Of a DNA stretch of 37,572 nucleotides, positions 1-8,374 are shown one piece after another (position 1 is the stretch's first letter; each line of letters starts with the position of its first letter). The notes beneath the pieces are model-generated. The model saw only the letters and a list, made by a program, of their open reading frames with translations. It was not told the DNA's origin and searched no databases. Source of the stretch: an uncultured archaeon (GTDB lineage Archaea > Aenigmatarchaeota > Aenigmatarchaeia > CG10238-14 > EX4484-224); contig CAYWME010000001.1 in NCBI GenBank assembly GCA_964459585.1, forward strand, positions 1 through 37,572. The letters are read 5' to 3'. The position numbers and the translations under genes were made by a program.

Positions 1-243
1 AAAGAAAAAGCAAAAATTTTGTCAAAAGAAATAGACAAAAAATTGAAAAAGATTCAGTGGGTTCCAGAAGATTTTGTTGAAGTAGAAATAGTGATGCCGA
101 ATGGCGAGATAAAAAAAGGTATAGGTGAAAAAAATTTACTAAAATGTAAAAAAGACGATATAGTTCAATTAGTCAGGATTGGTTTTGGTAGAGTAGAGAA
201 AGTTGAAAATAACAAAATATTGATATATTTTGCTCATAAATAA
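1..243 (+). CDS. C-terminal fragment of a class I aminoacyl-tRNA synthetase, most likely glutamyl-tRNA synthetase (5' end outside the window)
   Basis: The frame is open from base 1. The C-terminal motif DIVQLVRIGFGRVEK...ILIYFAHK resembles the conserved archaeal GluRS/GlnRS C-terminus (vQfeRfGf.r.d...faH). A tRNA gene lies immediately downstream. Confidence 0.5.
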   Translation, partial: KEKAKILSKEIDKKLKKIQWVPEDFVEVEIVMPNGEIKKGIGEKNLLKCKKDDIVQLVRIGFGRVEKVENNKILIYFAHK

Positions 244-253
244 AGAGTTTTAA

Positions 254-367
254 GGGGCCGTCGTCTAACCAGGTAGGATAGCGGGCTCCAGGGTTTTTTG
301 ATTGGAGCTTTGAAGAAAGATGAAAGGAAGAAACCCGCTGATTGGGGTTCGAATCCCCACGGCCCCA
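254..367 (+). tRNA. tRNA-Trp (anticodon CCA) with an approx. 41-nt intron (about 292..332) at the canonical 37/38 position; no encoded CCA
   Basis: Hand-folded. Acceptor GGGGCCG/CGGCCCC plus discriminator A. D stem GTCT/GGAT with GG in the loop. Anticodon stem GCGGG(281-285)/CCCGC(334-338), loop CU-CCA-G. T arm TGGGG-TTCGAAT-CCCCA. The mature length would be 73 nt. Intron segment TTGGAGC (302-308) can pair with the anticodon region CTCCAG. Confidence 0.8.
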
Positions 368-368
368 A

Positions 369-950
369 TTAAATTCTAGCTATCAATTCGATCTCCACTT
401 CTTTTCCTTCCTTAATTTTTTTGAGAAAATCTTCTTCAAGTTCGAAACAACCTTTGTTTGACATGATACCTATTGTAGAATCAGAAATTTTGTCATCTTT
501 TCTTATTTCTATGTCGTTCTCGTTATTCATCAAAAGTGCTGGAGAACCATAAGAAATTATCTTTTCTTCTTTACCATTAACACTAAATATTGTTTCTAAA
601 AGAGCGCCAGATTTTATAGAATTCTTAAAAATTTCGTTAAGATCTCTAGAAGATTTATCACATCTCACAACCAAAGCTTCTTTGTCTTTTTCTTTCTTTG
701 TTAATTTAATGAAATTTTGATTACAAGAAAGGTCTTCATTTCCAAAACCTCTTATTTTTTCTCTAACCGTTTTTATTTTTCTCAAGAATTTCCAACCACT
801 TTCTGTCGGAACATAAGCAGCAGTTTCTGTGAAATAGATATATCCTTTTGATGCAAGTATGTTAAACGTTTCCTTTACCATTTCGATGTCTATAGAAGGT
901 GAAGGGCCTTCTGGTGTGTCTGGAGAAATTTTTCCTTTTGATACTTCCAT
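369..950 (-). CDS. Hypothetical protein; the C-terminal half is tentatively DUF371-like
   Basis: 193-aa ORF packed tightly between the tRNA and trmI. The pattern GFGNEDLSCNQNFIKLTKKE...VVRCDKS...IISYGSPALL...IEIRKDD resembles archaeal DUF371 proteins from memory. No catalytic motif was recognised. Confidence 0.5.
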   Translation of the reverse strand: MEVSKGKISPDTPEGPSPSIDIEMVKETFNILASKGYIYFTETAAYVPTESGWKFLRKIKTVREKIRGFGNEDLSCNQNFIKLTKKEKDKEALVVRCDKSSRDLNEIFKNSIKSGALLETIFSVNGKEEKIISYGSPALLMNNENDIEIRKDDKISDSTIGIMSNKGCFELEEDFLKKIKEGKEVEIELIARI

Positions 951-969
951 GAAATATTAATTGATTTGC

Positions 970-1695
970 TTATTTTAATTTTCTTGCAAAAGTTAAAAAA
1001 CCGGTGTGGGTAATTCCCATGGTTTTAGGTCTTAAAGTTTTGGTATATTGCCACTCTCTGACTATGTTTTCGATTGTTTTCACGTTGAAAAAACCGTATT
1101 CTTCAATTTCCTTTCTCACTTCAAGTAGCTCATCAACCGTTGGAGAGTAAACTGCTAGATATCCACCAGGCTTTAAGCTTTTGTATGCATGCTTTATAAC
1201 TTTTTTTACATCTTTAAGGTCTAGTATAACTAAATCAACGTTTTTTTCGTCTATTTTTTTTGTTACATCCTTGTTTTTCAGAACAATATTTTTAATTCCA
1301 GACTCTTTGATATTCTTTTTGGCAATCTCAAAAAATTTTTTGTTTTTTTCATAAGTATAGACTTTTCCATTTGATACAAAATTTGCTATGAAGAGCGATG
1401 AAAATGCAGAACCGGTTCCTGCATCAACAACTTTACTGTTCGGTTTTATTCCAGTATATGCCAGTATCATTCCGATATCTTTTGGAAGCATTACTTGTGA
1501 TCCCCTCTTGGCTTTTCTCTTCAAAAAATCTAAGATGTTTGGTTCTAAGACTATTACTTCTTTTCCTAAATGTGTTTTAGTCTTTCCCTTTTTGATTTTG
1601 CTTGTGTCGATTTTTCCATGATGTGTGTTTATTTTTTTGCCTTTTTCAACAAAAAATTCATCACCATCAATGATAAGTAATAAAAATTTTTTCAT
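970..1695 (-). CDS. trmI: tRNA (adenine-N1)-methyltransferase TrmI/Trm61 (m1A57/58)
   Basis: Gcd14-type sequence: PKDIGMILAYTGIKPNSKVVDAGTGSAFSSLFIA...GKVYTYEKNKKFFEIAKKNI...VDLVILDL...LKPGG. The start is trimmed to MKKFLLLIIDG, whose ATG (1695-1693) overlaps the htpX stop as ATGA. Confidence 0.85.
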   Translation of the reverse strand: MKKFLLLIIDGDEFFVEKGKKINTHHGKIDTSKIKKGKTKTHLGKEVIVLEPNILDFLKRKAKRGSQVMLPKDIGMILAYTGIKPNSKVVDAGTGSAFSSLFIANFVSNGKVYTYEKNKKFFEIAKKNIKESGIKNIVLKNKDVTKKIDEKNVDLVILDLKDVKKVIKHAYKSLKPGGYLAVYSPTVDELLEVRKEIEEYGFFNVKTIENIVREWQYTKTLRPKTMGITHTGFLTFARKLK

Positions 1696-2651
1696 GATTT
1701 CTCTTCTCTTAGTTTTCTTTCTAATTCTTTCAGTGCTTTTATTCTTTTGAATGTTAAAGGATGTGTCTGAAAAATTTCTAAAAATCTTATTAATGGATTT
1801 CTTTTTTCCCATTCCATGGCCTTTTTGATTTCTTTTTCGTCTATTTCCAGATCTTTATATTCTTCTGAAAACTTAGAAACTTCTCTTTTTGAACCAACAG
1901 GATCCGCTATAAAGAAAGATCTAACTGATTCATTTAACTCTCTTGAGGAGATCGATAAACCATATGTTATCTTTATCAAAGCACTGATCAGGTATCTTGG
2001 TTTTGTGTGTATGCCAGAAAACCTGTCTGCATAATATTCTCTTAGTCTACTTAATAACAATACAAGCAAATTGGAAATGAAATAAACGACGAATGCCATT
2101 AACCCAACAATAATAGCCGCTCCAGATCTTCTTTCGTCTCTTCTTGGAGTAAATATGATAAACCTGGCGATGAAATACGCAATAACCGGTATTGATCCGA
2201 CTAGTGTCATTACTATCATGTCTTTATGATTGATATGGCCAATTTCATGAGCTACAACAGCCTTTATCTCATCTTTATTTAATGTTTTAAGTAATCCTGT
2301 GGTTACAGCCAACACGGCTCCTTTAGGCGTTCTTCCGAAAACAAAAGCATTTGGCACCCCACTTCTTACTATAGCTATTTTAGGTATTGGTGTGTTTGTT
2401 TTCTTACAAATTTCTTTAACTATTTTTCTAAGCCATGGATATTCATTTTTTTCTAACAATCTCATATTAGTTGTCCACCAGATTATTTTTGGGGATATCC
2501 ACCACTGAAGTATTACCAGTAAAATAGCGAAAAGTACTATTATGTACCCAGAAATATTGAAAAAATATCCAACCGAAGCTAAGAGAGCAAATAGAAATCC
2601 GAATAAGAAAAATATTGTTAAAAACATTGCAAGTCCTAGTTTAAACGACAT
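1692..2651 (-). CDS. htpX: HtpX-like M48 zinc metalloprotease (membrane)
   Basis: HEIGH zinc motif (AVVAHEIGHINHKD), four hydrophobic helices, and the typical HtpX C-terminal THP..KRI segment. Confidence 0.85.
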   Translation of the reverse strand: MSFKLGLAMFLTIFFLFGFLFALLASVGYFFNISGYIIVLFAILLVILQWWISPKIIWWTTNMRLLEKNEYPWLRKIVKEICKKTNTPIPKIAIVRSGVPNAFVFGRTPKGAVLAVTTGLLKTLNKDEIKAVVAHEIGHINHKDMIVMTLVGSIPVIAYFIARFIIFTPRRDERRSGAAIIVGLMAFVVYFISNLLVLLLSRLREYYADRFSGIHTKPRYLISALIKITYGLSISSRELNESVRSFFIADPVGSKREVSKFSEEYKDLEIDEKEIKKAMEWEKRNPLIRFLEIFQTHPLTFKRIKALKELERKLREEKS

Positions 2652-2654
2652 AAT

Positions 2655-2891
2655 TCAAATAAGTCTAATGTTCATTAATAAAACGATTACTAATATTGTT
2701 ATAGTTATCAGTAGGGAAAATAATAAAATTTCTTTGCTTGTTCCAAAGCCAATTGGAAATGGGCCTATGAAACCAACAAACCCGCCTTCTACTTTCGCTT
2801 TAGTAGATAAAATCGCAGAAGCGATAATTATAACTATCCCTAAAAAGATTAATACAAACCCTATCAAAAACAAAATGTTAGTTTCCATCAA
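2655..2891 (-). CDS. Small two-TM membrane protein (DUF131/TIGR00304-like)
   Basis: 78 aa with hydrophobic N- and C-terminal helices. The central GGFVGFIGPFPIGFGTSKE motif is typical of the archaeal DUF131 family (from memory). The stop lies 4 nt upstream of the htpX start. Confidence 0.6.
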   Translation of the reverse strand: MMETNILFLIGFVLIFLGIVIIIASAILSTKAKVEGGFVGFIGPFPIGFGTSKEILLFSLLITITILVIVLLMNIRLI

Positions 2892-2920
2892 TTTTAATTT
2901 TTAAAATAAAATTAAAAACT

Positions 2921-3994
2921 ATGAAGGCGTTTGTAACTTTGGTACCGATGGGTGTTTTTGGTATTGATGAGGAGGGTAATATGATTTCTTATGAGTTGTT
3001 TAAAGACGTTAAAGAAGCTGCAAAGAAATTAATTGAATCAGAAAAAAATATCTTGAAAGAAGAAAGTACAATTGAAGATAAACTTAAACAGAGAGGATAT
3101 GAGGTTTATTATACGAAAAAAAGACCAGGAAAAAAATATGAAAAACTTAGCAACGAGTTAAAACAAAAAATTGTTGGGTTCTTAATCCAAAAAAAAGTTT
3201 TCAAAAACAGAATTGAAATCAACAACTTTATAGTTAGTACAAGTTCCGAAGTTGCTAGACTAAAAATAAAAAGGGATGTGAAAAGAGATGTCCTGGTCAT
3301 TCAAGCCATAAGAGCGATAGAAGAAATTGATAAATCTTTAAACATATTCACAGAAAGATTGAAAGAATGGTATGGTTTACATTTTCCAGAGCTAGAAAAA
3401 ATAGTCAGGGGTTCTGAAAAATATGTAGAAATCGTCAAAGAAAGTGGTAACAGAGAAAATATAAAAGATCAAAAATTATCATCTATAGCTTCTGAAAGTT
3501 TTGGAATTGATATTGAAAAAGAAGATGAAAAAATAATCCAAGAATACGCGAATGAAATTGTTCAATTATACAAGTTAAGAGAAAAATTGGTGGATTACTT
3601 AGAAAAAATGTTAAAAGAAATTGCACCCAATTTGCAATTCATAGCTGGAACGATTTTAGCTGCAAAACTGATTAGCAAAGCTGGTGGGCTCGAAAAATTG
3701 GCAAAAATGGCATCTTCTAGTATACAATTAATAGGAGCTGAAAAAGCATTATTCAGATATTTAAGAGGAAAAGGTAAAAGTCCGAAACATGGCCTAATCT
3801 TTATCCATCCATCGATTTCATCTTCACCAAAAAAATTAAGAGGAAAAATAGCTAGAGCTTTGGCATCAAAAATCTCAATAGCGGCAAAAATCGATTTTTA
3901 TTCTGGTGAATTCAAAGGAAACGAAATAAAAGCTGAACTTGATAAAAAGATAAAAGAGCTTAAGAGTGATAAGGATGAAAGTAAAATCACATGA
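2921..3994 (+). CDS. nop5: C/D box sRNP core protein Nop5 (Nop56/58)
   Basis: Conserved Nop domain: NLQFIAGTILAAKLISKAGGLEKLAKMASSSIQLIGAEKALFRYLRGKGKSPKHGLIFIHP. It lies directly upstream of, and overlaps, fibrillarin, which is the classic archaeal pairing. Confidence 0.9.
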   Translation: MKAFVTLVPMGVFGIDEEGNMISYELFKDVKEAAKKLIESEKNILKEESTIEDKLKQRGYEVYYTKKRPGKKYEKLSNELKQKIVGFLIQKKVFKNRIEINNFIVSTSSEVARLKIKRDVKRDVLVIQAIRAIEEIDKSLNIFTERLKEWYGLHFPELEKIVRGSEKYVEIVKESGNRENIKDQKLSSIASESFGIDIEKEDEKIIQEYANEIVQLYKLREKLVDYLEKMLKEIAPNLQFIAGTILAAKLISKAGGLEKLAKMASSSIQLIGAEKALFRYLRGKGKSPKHGLIFIHPSISSSPKKLRGKIARALASKISIAAKIDFYSGEFKGNEIKAELDKKIKELKSDKDESKIT

Positions 3995-4643
3995 AAGGTT
4001 TAAAGGAGTATATCGAATAGGAAATAAGATTGCTACTCTTAATTTGATTCCTGGAGAAAGTGTTTATGGTGAAAAGCTAATCGAGTTTAAAGGAAAGGAA
4101 TATAGAGAGTGGGTTCCATATAGGTCAAAACCGTCTGCTGCAATTATTAAAGGTTTGAACGTTTTTCCGATAAAAGAAGGCAGTAAGATACTATATCTTG
4201 GGATTGCAAGTGGAACAACAGCCAGTCATTTTAGTGACATAATCGGAAAAAACGGCATTATATATGGGATCGAAATAAGCCCAAGGGTTTTAAGAGAATT
4301 AATTCCTTTAGCCAATAAAAGAAAGAACATAGTGCCAATTCTTGGTGACGCAAGAAAAATAGAGGAATATCAGAATATTGTGATAGAAAGTGTTGATGTC
4401 GTTTATTGTGACGTCGCTGATCCACAAGAAATCGAAATATTTTTAAGAAATGCTGAAACGTTCTTGAAAAGAAATGGGTTTGGGATGTTAGCTGTCAAAT
4501 CAAGAAGTATAGATGTCCTCAAAAAACCGAGAGAAATATACAAAGAATGTAGAAAAAAATTAGAAGAAGTTTGTGAAGTTGTTGATTTCAGGAGACTTGA
4601 TCCATATCAAAAAGATCACGGCTTTTTTGTTTGTAAATTTTAG
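3975..4643 (+). CDS. flpA: Fibrillarin-like rRNA/tRNA 2'-O-methyltransferase
   Basis: ILYLGIASGTTASHFSDIIG SAM-binding motif, VVYCDVA and LAVKSRSID motifs. Start chosen at the ATG (MKVKSHERF); the tracked GTG at 3966 is also possible. Confidence 0.9.
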   Translation: MKVKSHERFKGVYRIGNKIATLNLIPGESVYGEKLIEFKGKEYREWVPYRSKPSAAIIKGLNVFPIKEGSKILYLGIASGTTASHFSDIIGKNGIIYGIEISPRVLRELIPLANKRKNIVPILGDARKIEEYQNIVIESVDVVYCDVADPQEIEIFLRNAETFLKRNGFGMLAVKSRSIDVLKKPREIYKECRKKLEEVCEVVDFRRLDPYQKDHGFFVCKF

Positions 4644-4760
4644 ATCATAAAGAAATTGGTCTGATCATCCCAAAGTACTTTCCAGATTTATAGTAGTTTA
4701 TTTTGTATTTTTTAATTCCTCTGTCCTCTATTATGCTTATTCTAATCGAAGCTATTTCCT

Positions 4761-4967
4761 TCATCTGAATCTCACCAAAGCTCTTGGGTTTGTATACACA
4801 AACTTAGAAAGTATTTTCTTTTCAAAAAACAAGTTCTTTTGAATGCCAAACTCTAATAAACTCTCTTCTAAATAACTTGCTCCACAATCTCTACAAAAAA
4901 TCCTCCTATGACCAGTTCCGTCAATAAACCTAAATGCTCTTTGTGAGCCACATCTTAAACACTTCAT
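4761..4967 (-). CDS. Small zinc-ribbon protein (hypothetical)
   Basis: 68-aa ORF with CxxC...CxxC (MKCLRCGS...IFCRDCGAS). No other recognisable domain. Confidence 0.45.
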   Translation of the reverse strand: MKCLRCGSQRAFRFIDGTGHRRIFCRDCGASYLEESLLEFGIQKNLFFEKKILSKFVYTNPRALVRFR

Positions 4968-5011
4968 AATGTTGAATTTTCAAAGAAAGGATATACCCAT
5001 TTCGGGGGACC

Positions 5012-6067
5012 TCATTTCAAAATTTCAAAAAGTTTCAAAAACTCCTTCTTTCTTCTAACCGGGATTTTCATTGCTGACGCCGTTGGGTGTCCACCGCCTT
5101 TAGCTCCCTCTATACTGTCCTTAATTTTTTCAACAAGTTTAGATAAGTCTTTTCTACAGTTTCTACCTCTTCTAAAACTTACATCAAAAACCCTTCCTTT
5201 TTTCTGAAGAATCACTAACACCCCGTTTTTTAATTTTGTAGAAAGACTTGTAGCTATAGTTGATTTTAAATTTAGCTTTGATTTTACCTCAAAAATTATA
5301 AAATTCCCCTTTTTGATTTTCTTTTTTTCGAACTCTTTCAAAATTCTTTCTATCTCTCTCTCTGTTTTAATATACCATTTTAACAAATCTTTTGATTTTC
5401 TTGTGCTTGCATTAAGAATTTGTGTATAATCGGATATACTATAAAGAAATTTGGCTGCTTCTTTAGCCCCCGTTTCTCTTTTTATAACTCTGCTGCTATT
5501 GATAATTTTTGTTAAAACCCCCAGAATCGTAGAATTCATTATTCCTTCACTTTTGTTTATCAACAGCTCTGGATATACGCTTTCAACATCTTTTAAAACC
5601 CACCCACAAGACTTTATAGCCATGTCTCCCAAAACACCGATTGCTCCTATCCAACATAACTTCTTACCGAATATGTCTTTTGAAACTTCGTAAATGATAC
5701 AGCTTACTGGGATATAAGCATTTTTGTCAAATTTTCTTGGGTTACAATAAATCACATTTTTATAATCAATTAATGGATGATGATCGACAATTAGAATTTT
5801 TTTATTTCTTATTTTTTTGAGAACGTTCTCATCGACATAAGGAACATCCAAAAACACAAACGAATCGTATTTATTCATAATTCTTAGTTTTTCGTAAGTC
5901 GAAAACCCGATTTTTTTTCTCAATTTTTTGAGTATTTTTGCAAACAAAGCAGCTGACGCAATACCATCGGCATCAGAATCATAAACTATTAAAACGTTTT
6001 CTCCGACATCCCGTAAAAATTTAGATATACATCTCTTGACTTTCTGTACAATAGCTTTTTCTTTCAT
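5012..6067 (-). CDS. DHH/DHHA1 family phosphoesterase (NrnA/RecJ-like)
   Basis: Motifs VYDSDADGIASAA, IVDHHP (DHH) and GGGHPTASAM (DHHA1). The start is trimmed to MKEKAIVQ so it abuts the upstream HD gene stop at 6070. Confidence 0.8.
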   Translation of the reverse strand: MKEKAIVQKVKRCISKFLRDVGENVLIVYDSDADGIASAALFAKILKKLRKKIGFSTYEKLRIMNKYDSFVFLDVPYVDENVLKKIRNKKILIVDHHPLIDYKNVIYCNPRKFDKNAYIPVSCIIYEVSKDIFGKKLCWIGAIGVLGDMAIKSCGWVLKDVESVYPELLINKSEGIMNSTILGVLTKIINSSRVIKRETGAKEAAKFLYSISDYTQILNASTRKSKDLLKWYIKTEREIERILKEFEKKKIKKGNFIIFEVKSKLNLKSTIATSLSTKLKNGVLVILQKKGRVFDVSFRRGRNCRKDLSKLVEKIKDSIEGAKGGGHPTASAMKIPVRRKKEFLKLFEILK

Positions 6068-6069
6068 CT

Positions 6070-6645
6070 TCAGCCTTTTTTCGTTTCCGTCTGTAAATTT
6101 CCAAAAATGCTTCCCACTTTCCATTCAAAAACAGACAGTAAATTATCGACATACGCTAATATATGTGCCTCTAAAGTTCTAGGTGGTGTTGGACCTGTTT
6201 CTCCAAAATGAGAAGCCACCATATGAATAACTTCTTCTGGAAAATCTCTTTTATAAAGTTCAGATGTAATTAAGATTGTGTGATCCAATAAAATTCCTGT
6301 GTGTTCTGGTATTTGATTTGTCATCTTCCATTCAAAAAGTTTTCCTAAATCATGTAGTATGGCTCCAGCCAAAAGATAATCTTTATTTAACATGATTCCG
6401 TATGTTTCTTCTACTACATTTGCTATACTTATGCATGCTTTAGCCACAGCTATTGTATGATTCAATACATCTCTATCAACTATCAAAGAGCCGGAAGAGA
6501 ACGGTGTTCTTACTTTCTCTATTTTTTCAGGCTTATATTTTTCAAAATTTGGATTACTTAATTTTGGGTTTTTCAGAAATTCAATTACTTTATTCCTTAA
6601 ACTATTGTCTTCTATTTTCTGGGCTAATTCTATAAGCTCTTTCAT
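6070..6645 (-). CDS. HD-domain metal-dependent phosphohydrolase
   Basis: NHTIAVAK...GAILHDLGK (H...HD signature) plus downstream His/Asp residues (VASHFGE, LAYVDNL). Confidence 0.75.
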   Translation of the reverse strand: MKELIELAQKIEDNSLRNKVIEFLKNPKLSNPNFEKYKPEKIEKVRTPFSSGSLIVDRDVLNHTIAVAKACISIANVVEETYGIMLNKDYLLAGAILHDLGKLFEWKMTNQIPEHTGILLDHTILITSELYKRDFPEEVIHMVASHFGETGPTPPRTLEAHILAYVDNLLSVFEWKVGSIFGNLQTETKKG

Positions 6646-6648
6646 AAA

Positions 6649-6939
6649 TCAACCAAATAGTGCTCCTAATCCAGCTACTGCCTCTTCTTCCTTCTTTTCT
6701 TTGCTCTCTTCTTCTTCCTTCTTTTCTTCTTTGGTTTCTTCTTTTGGTGCTGCCGTTGGGCCTATCGCTGCTTCTTTTATTGCCTCGTCTATATTCACAC
6801 CCTCTAACGAAGAAACTAACGCTTTTATCTTAGCTTCGTCTACATTTGCGTTTATAGCTTCAAGTATCTTTTTTATGTTTTCTTCAGTTATTGGTAGCCC
6901 AGCGCTGTGAAGCACCAATGCAGAGTACACTTCTATCAT
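6649..6939 (-). CDS. rpl12: Ribosomal stalk protein P1 (aP1, archaeal L12)
   Basis: [15 protein letters not shown]-terminus, acidic K/E linker and the canonical C-terminal tail [13 protein letters not shown]. Confidence 0.9.
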   Translation of the reverse strand: MIEVYSALVLHSAGLPITEENIKKILEAINANVDEAKIKALVSSLEGVNIDEAIKEAAIGPTAAPKEETKEEKKEEEESKEKKEEEAVAGLGALFG

Positions 6940-7694
6940 TTTTTGACCTCCGTTTTACTTTTTAGAGCGTTTGCTTCATTATATGCTTTTATCAATAAAT
7001 ATTTTATATTTTCTTTTGTCGGATATCCAATATTAATTGTTAAGTTAAATGCATACATATAAGCTCTCTTTATTTCATAAGGATACTTGAACACCATCTC
7101 TAAATCTTCTTTTGTATAGATTTTTCCCAAATGATAAATAGCAACTACATTTAGTTTAACTTTAATTGGTCTTATTTCAAGTTTTCTTAATAATGAGATT
7201 AAATTTTCAGGTATTTTTTCCCCTTTTTTCACAAGCAGAGTGTCTTTTTTAACTGCTATTTTTCCTCCTTCTACTCCAGCAGGTATTTTTGCCTTTGCAA
7301 AATCGCTTATTGCTGGGCCTGCAGGTAATTTGGTTGGACCAGCCGAAATAACTATATCGTCTTCTGCTATATCGCCCTCTTTTCCAAACCTGTAGACAGA
7401 CACTTTCATTAGTTTTTTAAAGAATGAAAACGGATCCTTCCCATTGATTGCCAAAAGAATTTGCGATGGTAAGAAATCTTTTATAGCTTCTATATTTTCT
7501 TTTTTAATGCCTTCCAAAGCTTTTAATAACAACGATTTCTTAATAAACTTGAATTTAACATCATTTAATATTTTTTTCATCTCTTGAAATTCTCTGGTTG
7601 GTGTTTTATACATGTCAATAATCGCAATTAAGTCTGACTCCTCAATCGTTTTTCTTATTTCGCTTACCAATCTTTTTTTCCATTCTTTGACCAT
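6936..7694 (-). CDS. rplP0: Ribosomal protein uL10 (P0), unusually short form
   Basis: Position between rpl1 and rpl12. uL10-like N-terminal domain ([38 protein letters not shown]) and [12 protein letters not shown] segment. GGAGG lies 6 nt upstream of the ATG. Only 252 aa and no acidic GLGALFG tail. Confidence 0.8.
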   Translation of the reverse strand: MVKEWKKRLVSEIRKTIEESDLIAIIDMYKTPTREFQEMKKILNDVKFKFIKKSLLLKALEGIKKENIEAIKDFLPSQILLAINGKDPFSFFKKLMKVSVYRFGKEGDIAEDDIVISAGPTKLPAGPAISDFAKAKIPAGVEGGKIAVKKDTLLVKKGEKIPENLISLLRKLEIRPIKVKLNVVAIYHLGKIYTKEDLEMVFKYPYEIKRAYMYAFNLTINIGYPTKENIKYLLIKAYNEANALKSKTEVKK

Positions 7695-8314
7695 TACATC
7701 ACCTTTATTTTGACTGGACTACTCATAGTAAATTTCACAAGCACAGACTTTATGTTTGCTCTTCCTTTTGGTAGTTTCGAAACCACAGTTTTTATTACTT
7801 CTTCTATATTCTTAGCCAATTTCTCATCATCCATGTTTTCCTTACCAACCAAACATTGAATCACTGGTGCGTTTTTAATTCTTATTCTAATGCTTTTTTT
7901 ATAAAGATCGATTGTTTTTTCCACGTCACCCCTTATAGGTTTTGGCATTTTTCCCCTAGGAGCTAAAAATCTACCTAGAAAACGACCAACAACGGGCATT
8001 AGTTGTGGTTCTGCCAAAAAGAAATCATATTTTTTTGCTAATTTTTTAGCTTCTCTCTTGTTTTTCGCAATCTCTTCTATATCTTTAGAAGTATAAACAT
8101 CTACATTCAAGTTTCTGTATGTGTCTGTAAAAACAGCGATTTTTGCATCTTCACCTCTTCCAAAAGGAAGTACTATGTCTTCTGTTATTTTATTCTCAGG
8201 CTTCTTTATGTCAATTCCTTTTAAATTTATGATAAGGTCAACTGTTTGAACAAAATTCCTCTTTTTAGAATTTTCTCTTAAAGTCTTTAATGCCTCTAAT
8301 ATTTCTTTCTCCAT
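7694..8314 (-). CDS. rpl1: Ribosomal protein uL1
   Basis: The uL1 signature FVQTVDLIINLKGIDIKKPENKI...LPFGRG... and GKMPKP. AGGAGGG SD upstream. Its stop shares one base with the rplP0 start codon. Confidence 0.9.
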   Translation of the reverse strand: MEKEILEALKTLRENSKKRNFVQTVDLIINLKGIDIKKPENKITEDIVLPFGRGEDAKIAVFTDTYRNLNVDVYTSKDIEEIAKNKREAKKLAKKYDFFLAEPQLMPVVGRFLGRFLAPRGKMPKPIRGDVEKTIDLYKKSIRIRIKNAPVIQCLVGKENMDDEKLAKNIEEVIKTVVSKLPKGRANIKSVLVKFTMSSPVKIKVM

Positions 8315-8320
8315 TTTTAA

Positions 8321-8337
8321 CCCTCCTGCCTAGGCAG
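8321..8337 (-). promoter_or_regulatory. rpl1 5' leader: SD (GGAGGG) fused to a GC-rich palindrome CTGCCTAGGCAG; possible L1 autoregulatory hairpin
   Basis: The minus-strand reading is ...GGTACACTGCCTAGGCAGGAGGGTTAAAAATG. This is a perfect 12-nt palindrome (8326..8337) in an otherwise AT-rich leader. Its function is inferred only. Confidence 0.3.
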
Positions 8338-8374
8338 TGTACCGGGTATTTCATTATAGTATCACATTTTTAAA

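Noticed and set aside
292-332. Box C/D guide sRNA inside the tRNA-Trp intron
   Set aside because: Only a weak internal AGATGAA and a CTGA that lies in exon 2 are present. There is no 5' C box / 3' D box pair or terminal kink-turn stem, and the intron (about 41 nt) is too short for a full C/D/C'/D' unit.
4644-4760. Possible C/D box sRNA or other ncRNA in the 117-nt gap after the fibrillarin gene
   Set aside because: Only imperfect ATGATCA and CTGG-like strings and a 5-bp GATCA/TGATC inverted repeat are present. No convincing box pairs or stable structure were found.
6605-6910. 101-aa Ser-rich ORF on the plus strand
   Set aside because: It is antisense to the acidic/Lys-rich P1 stalk gene. 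Its low-complexity SSSFF repeats are a codon-complement artefact.
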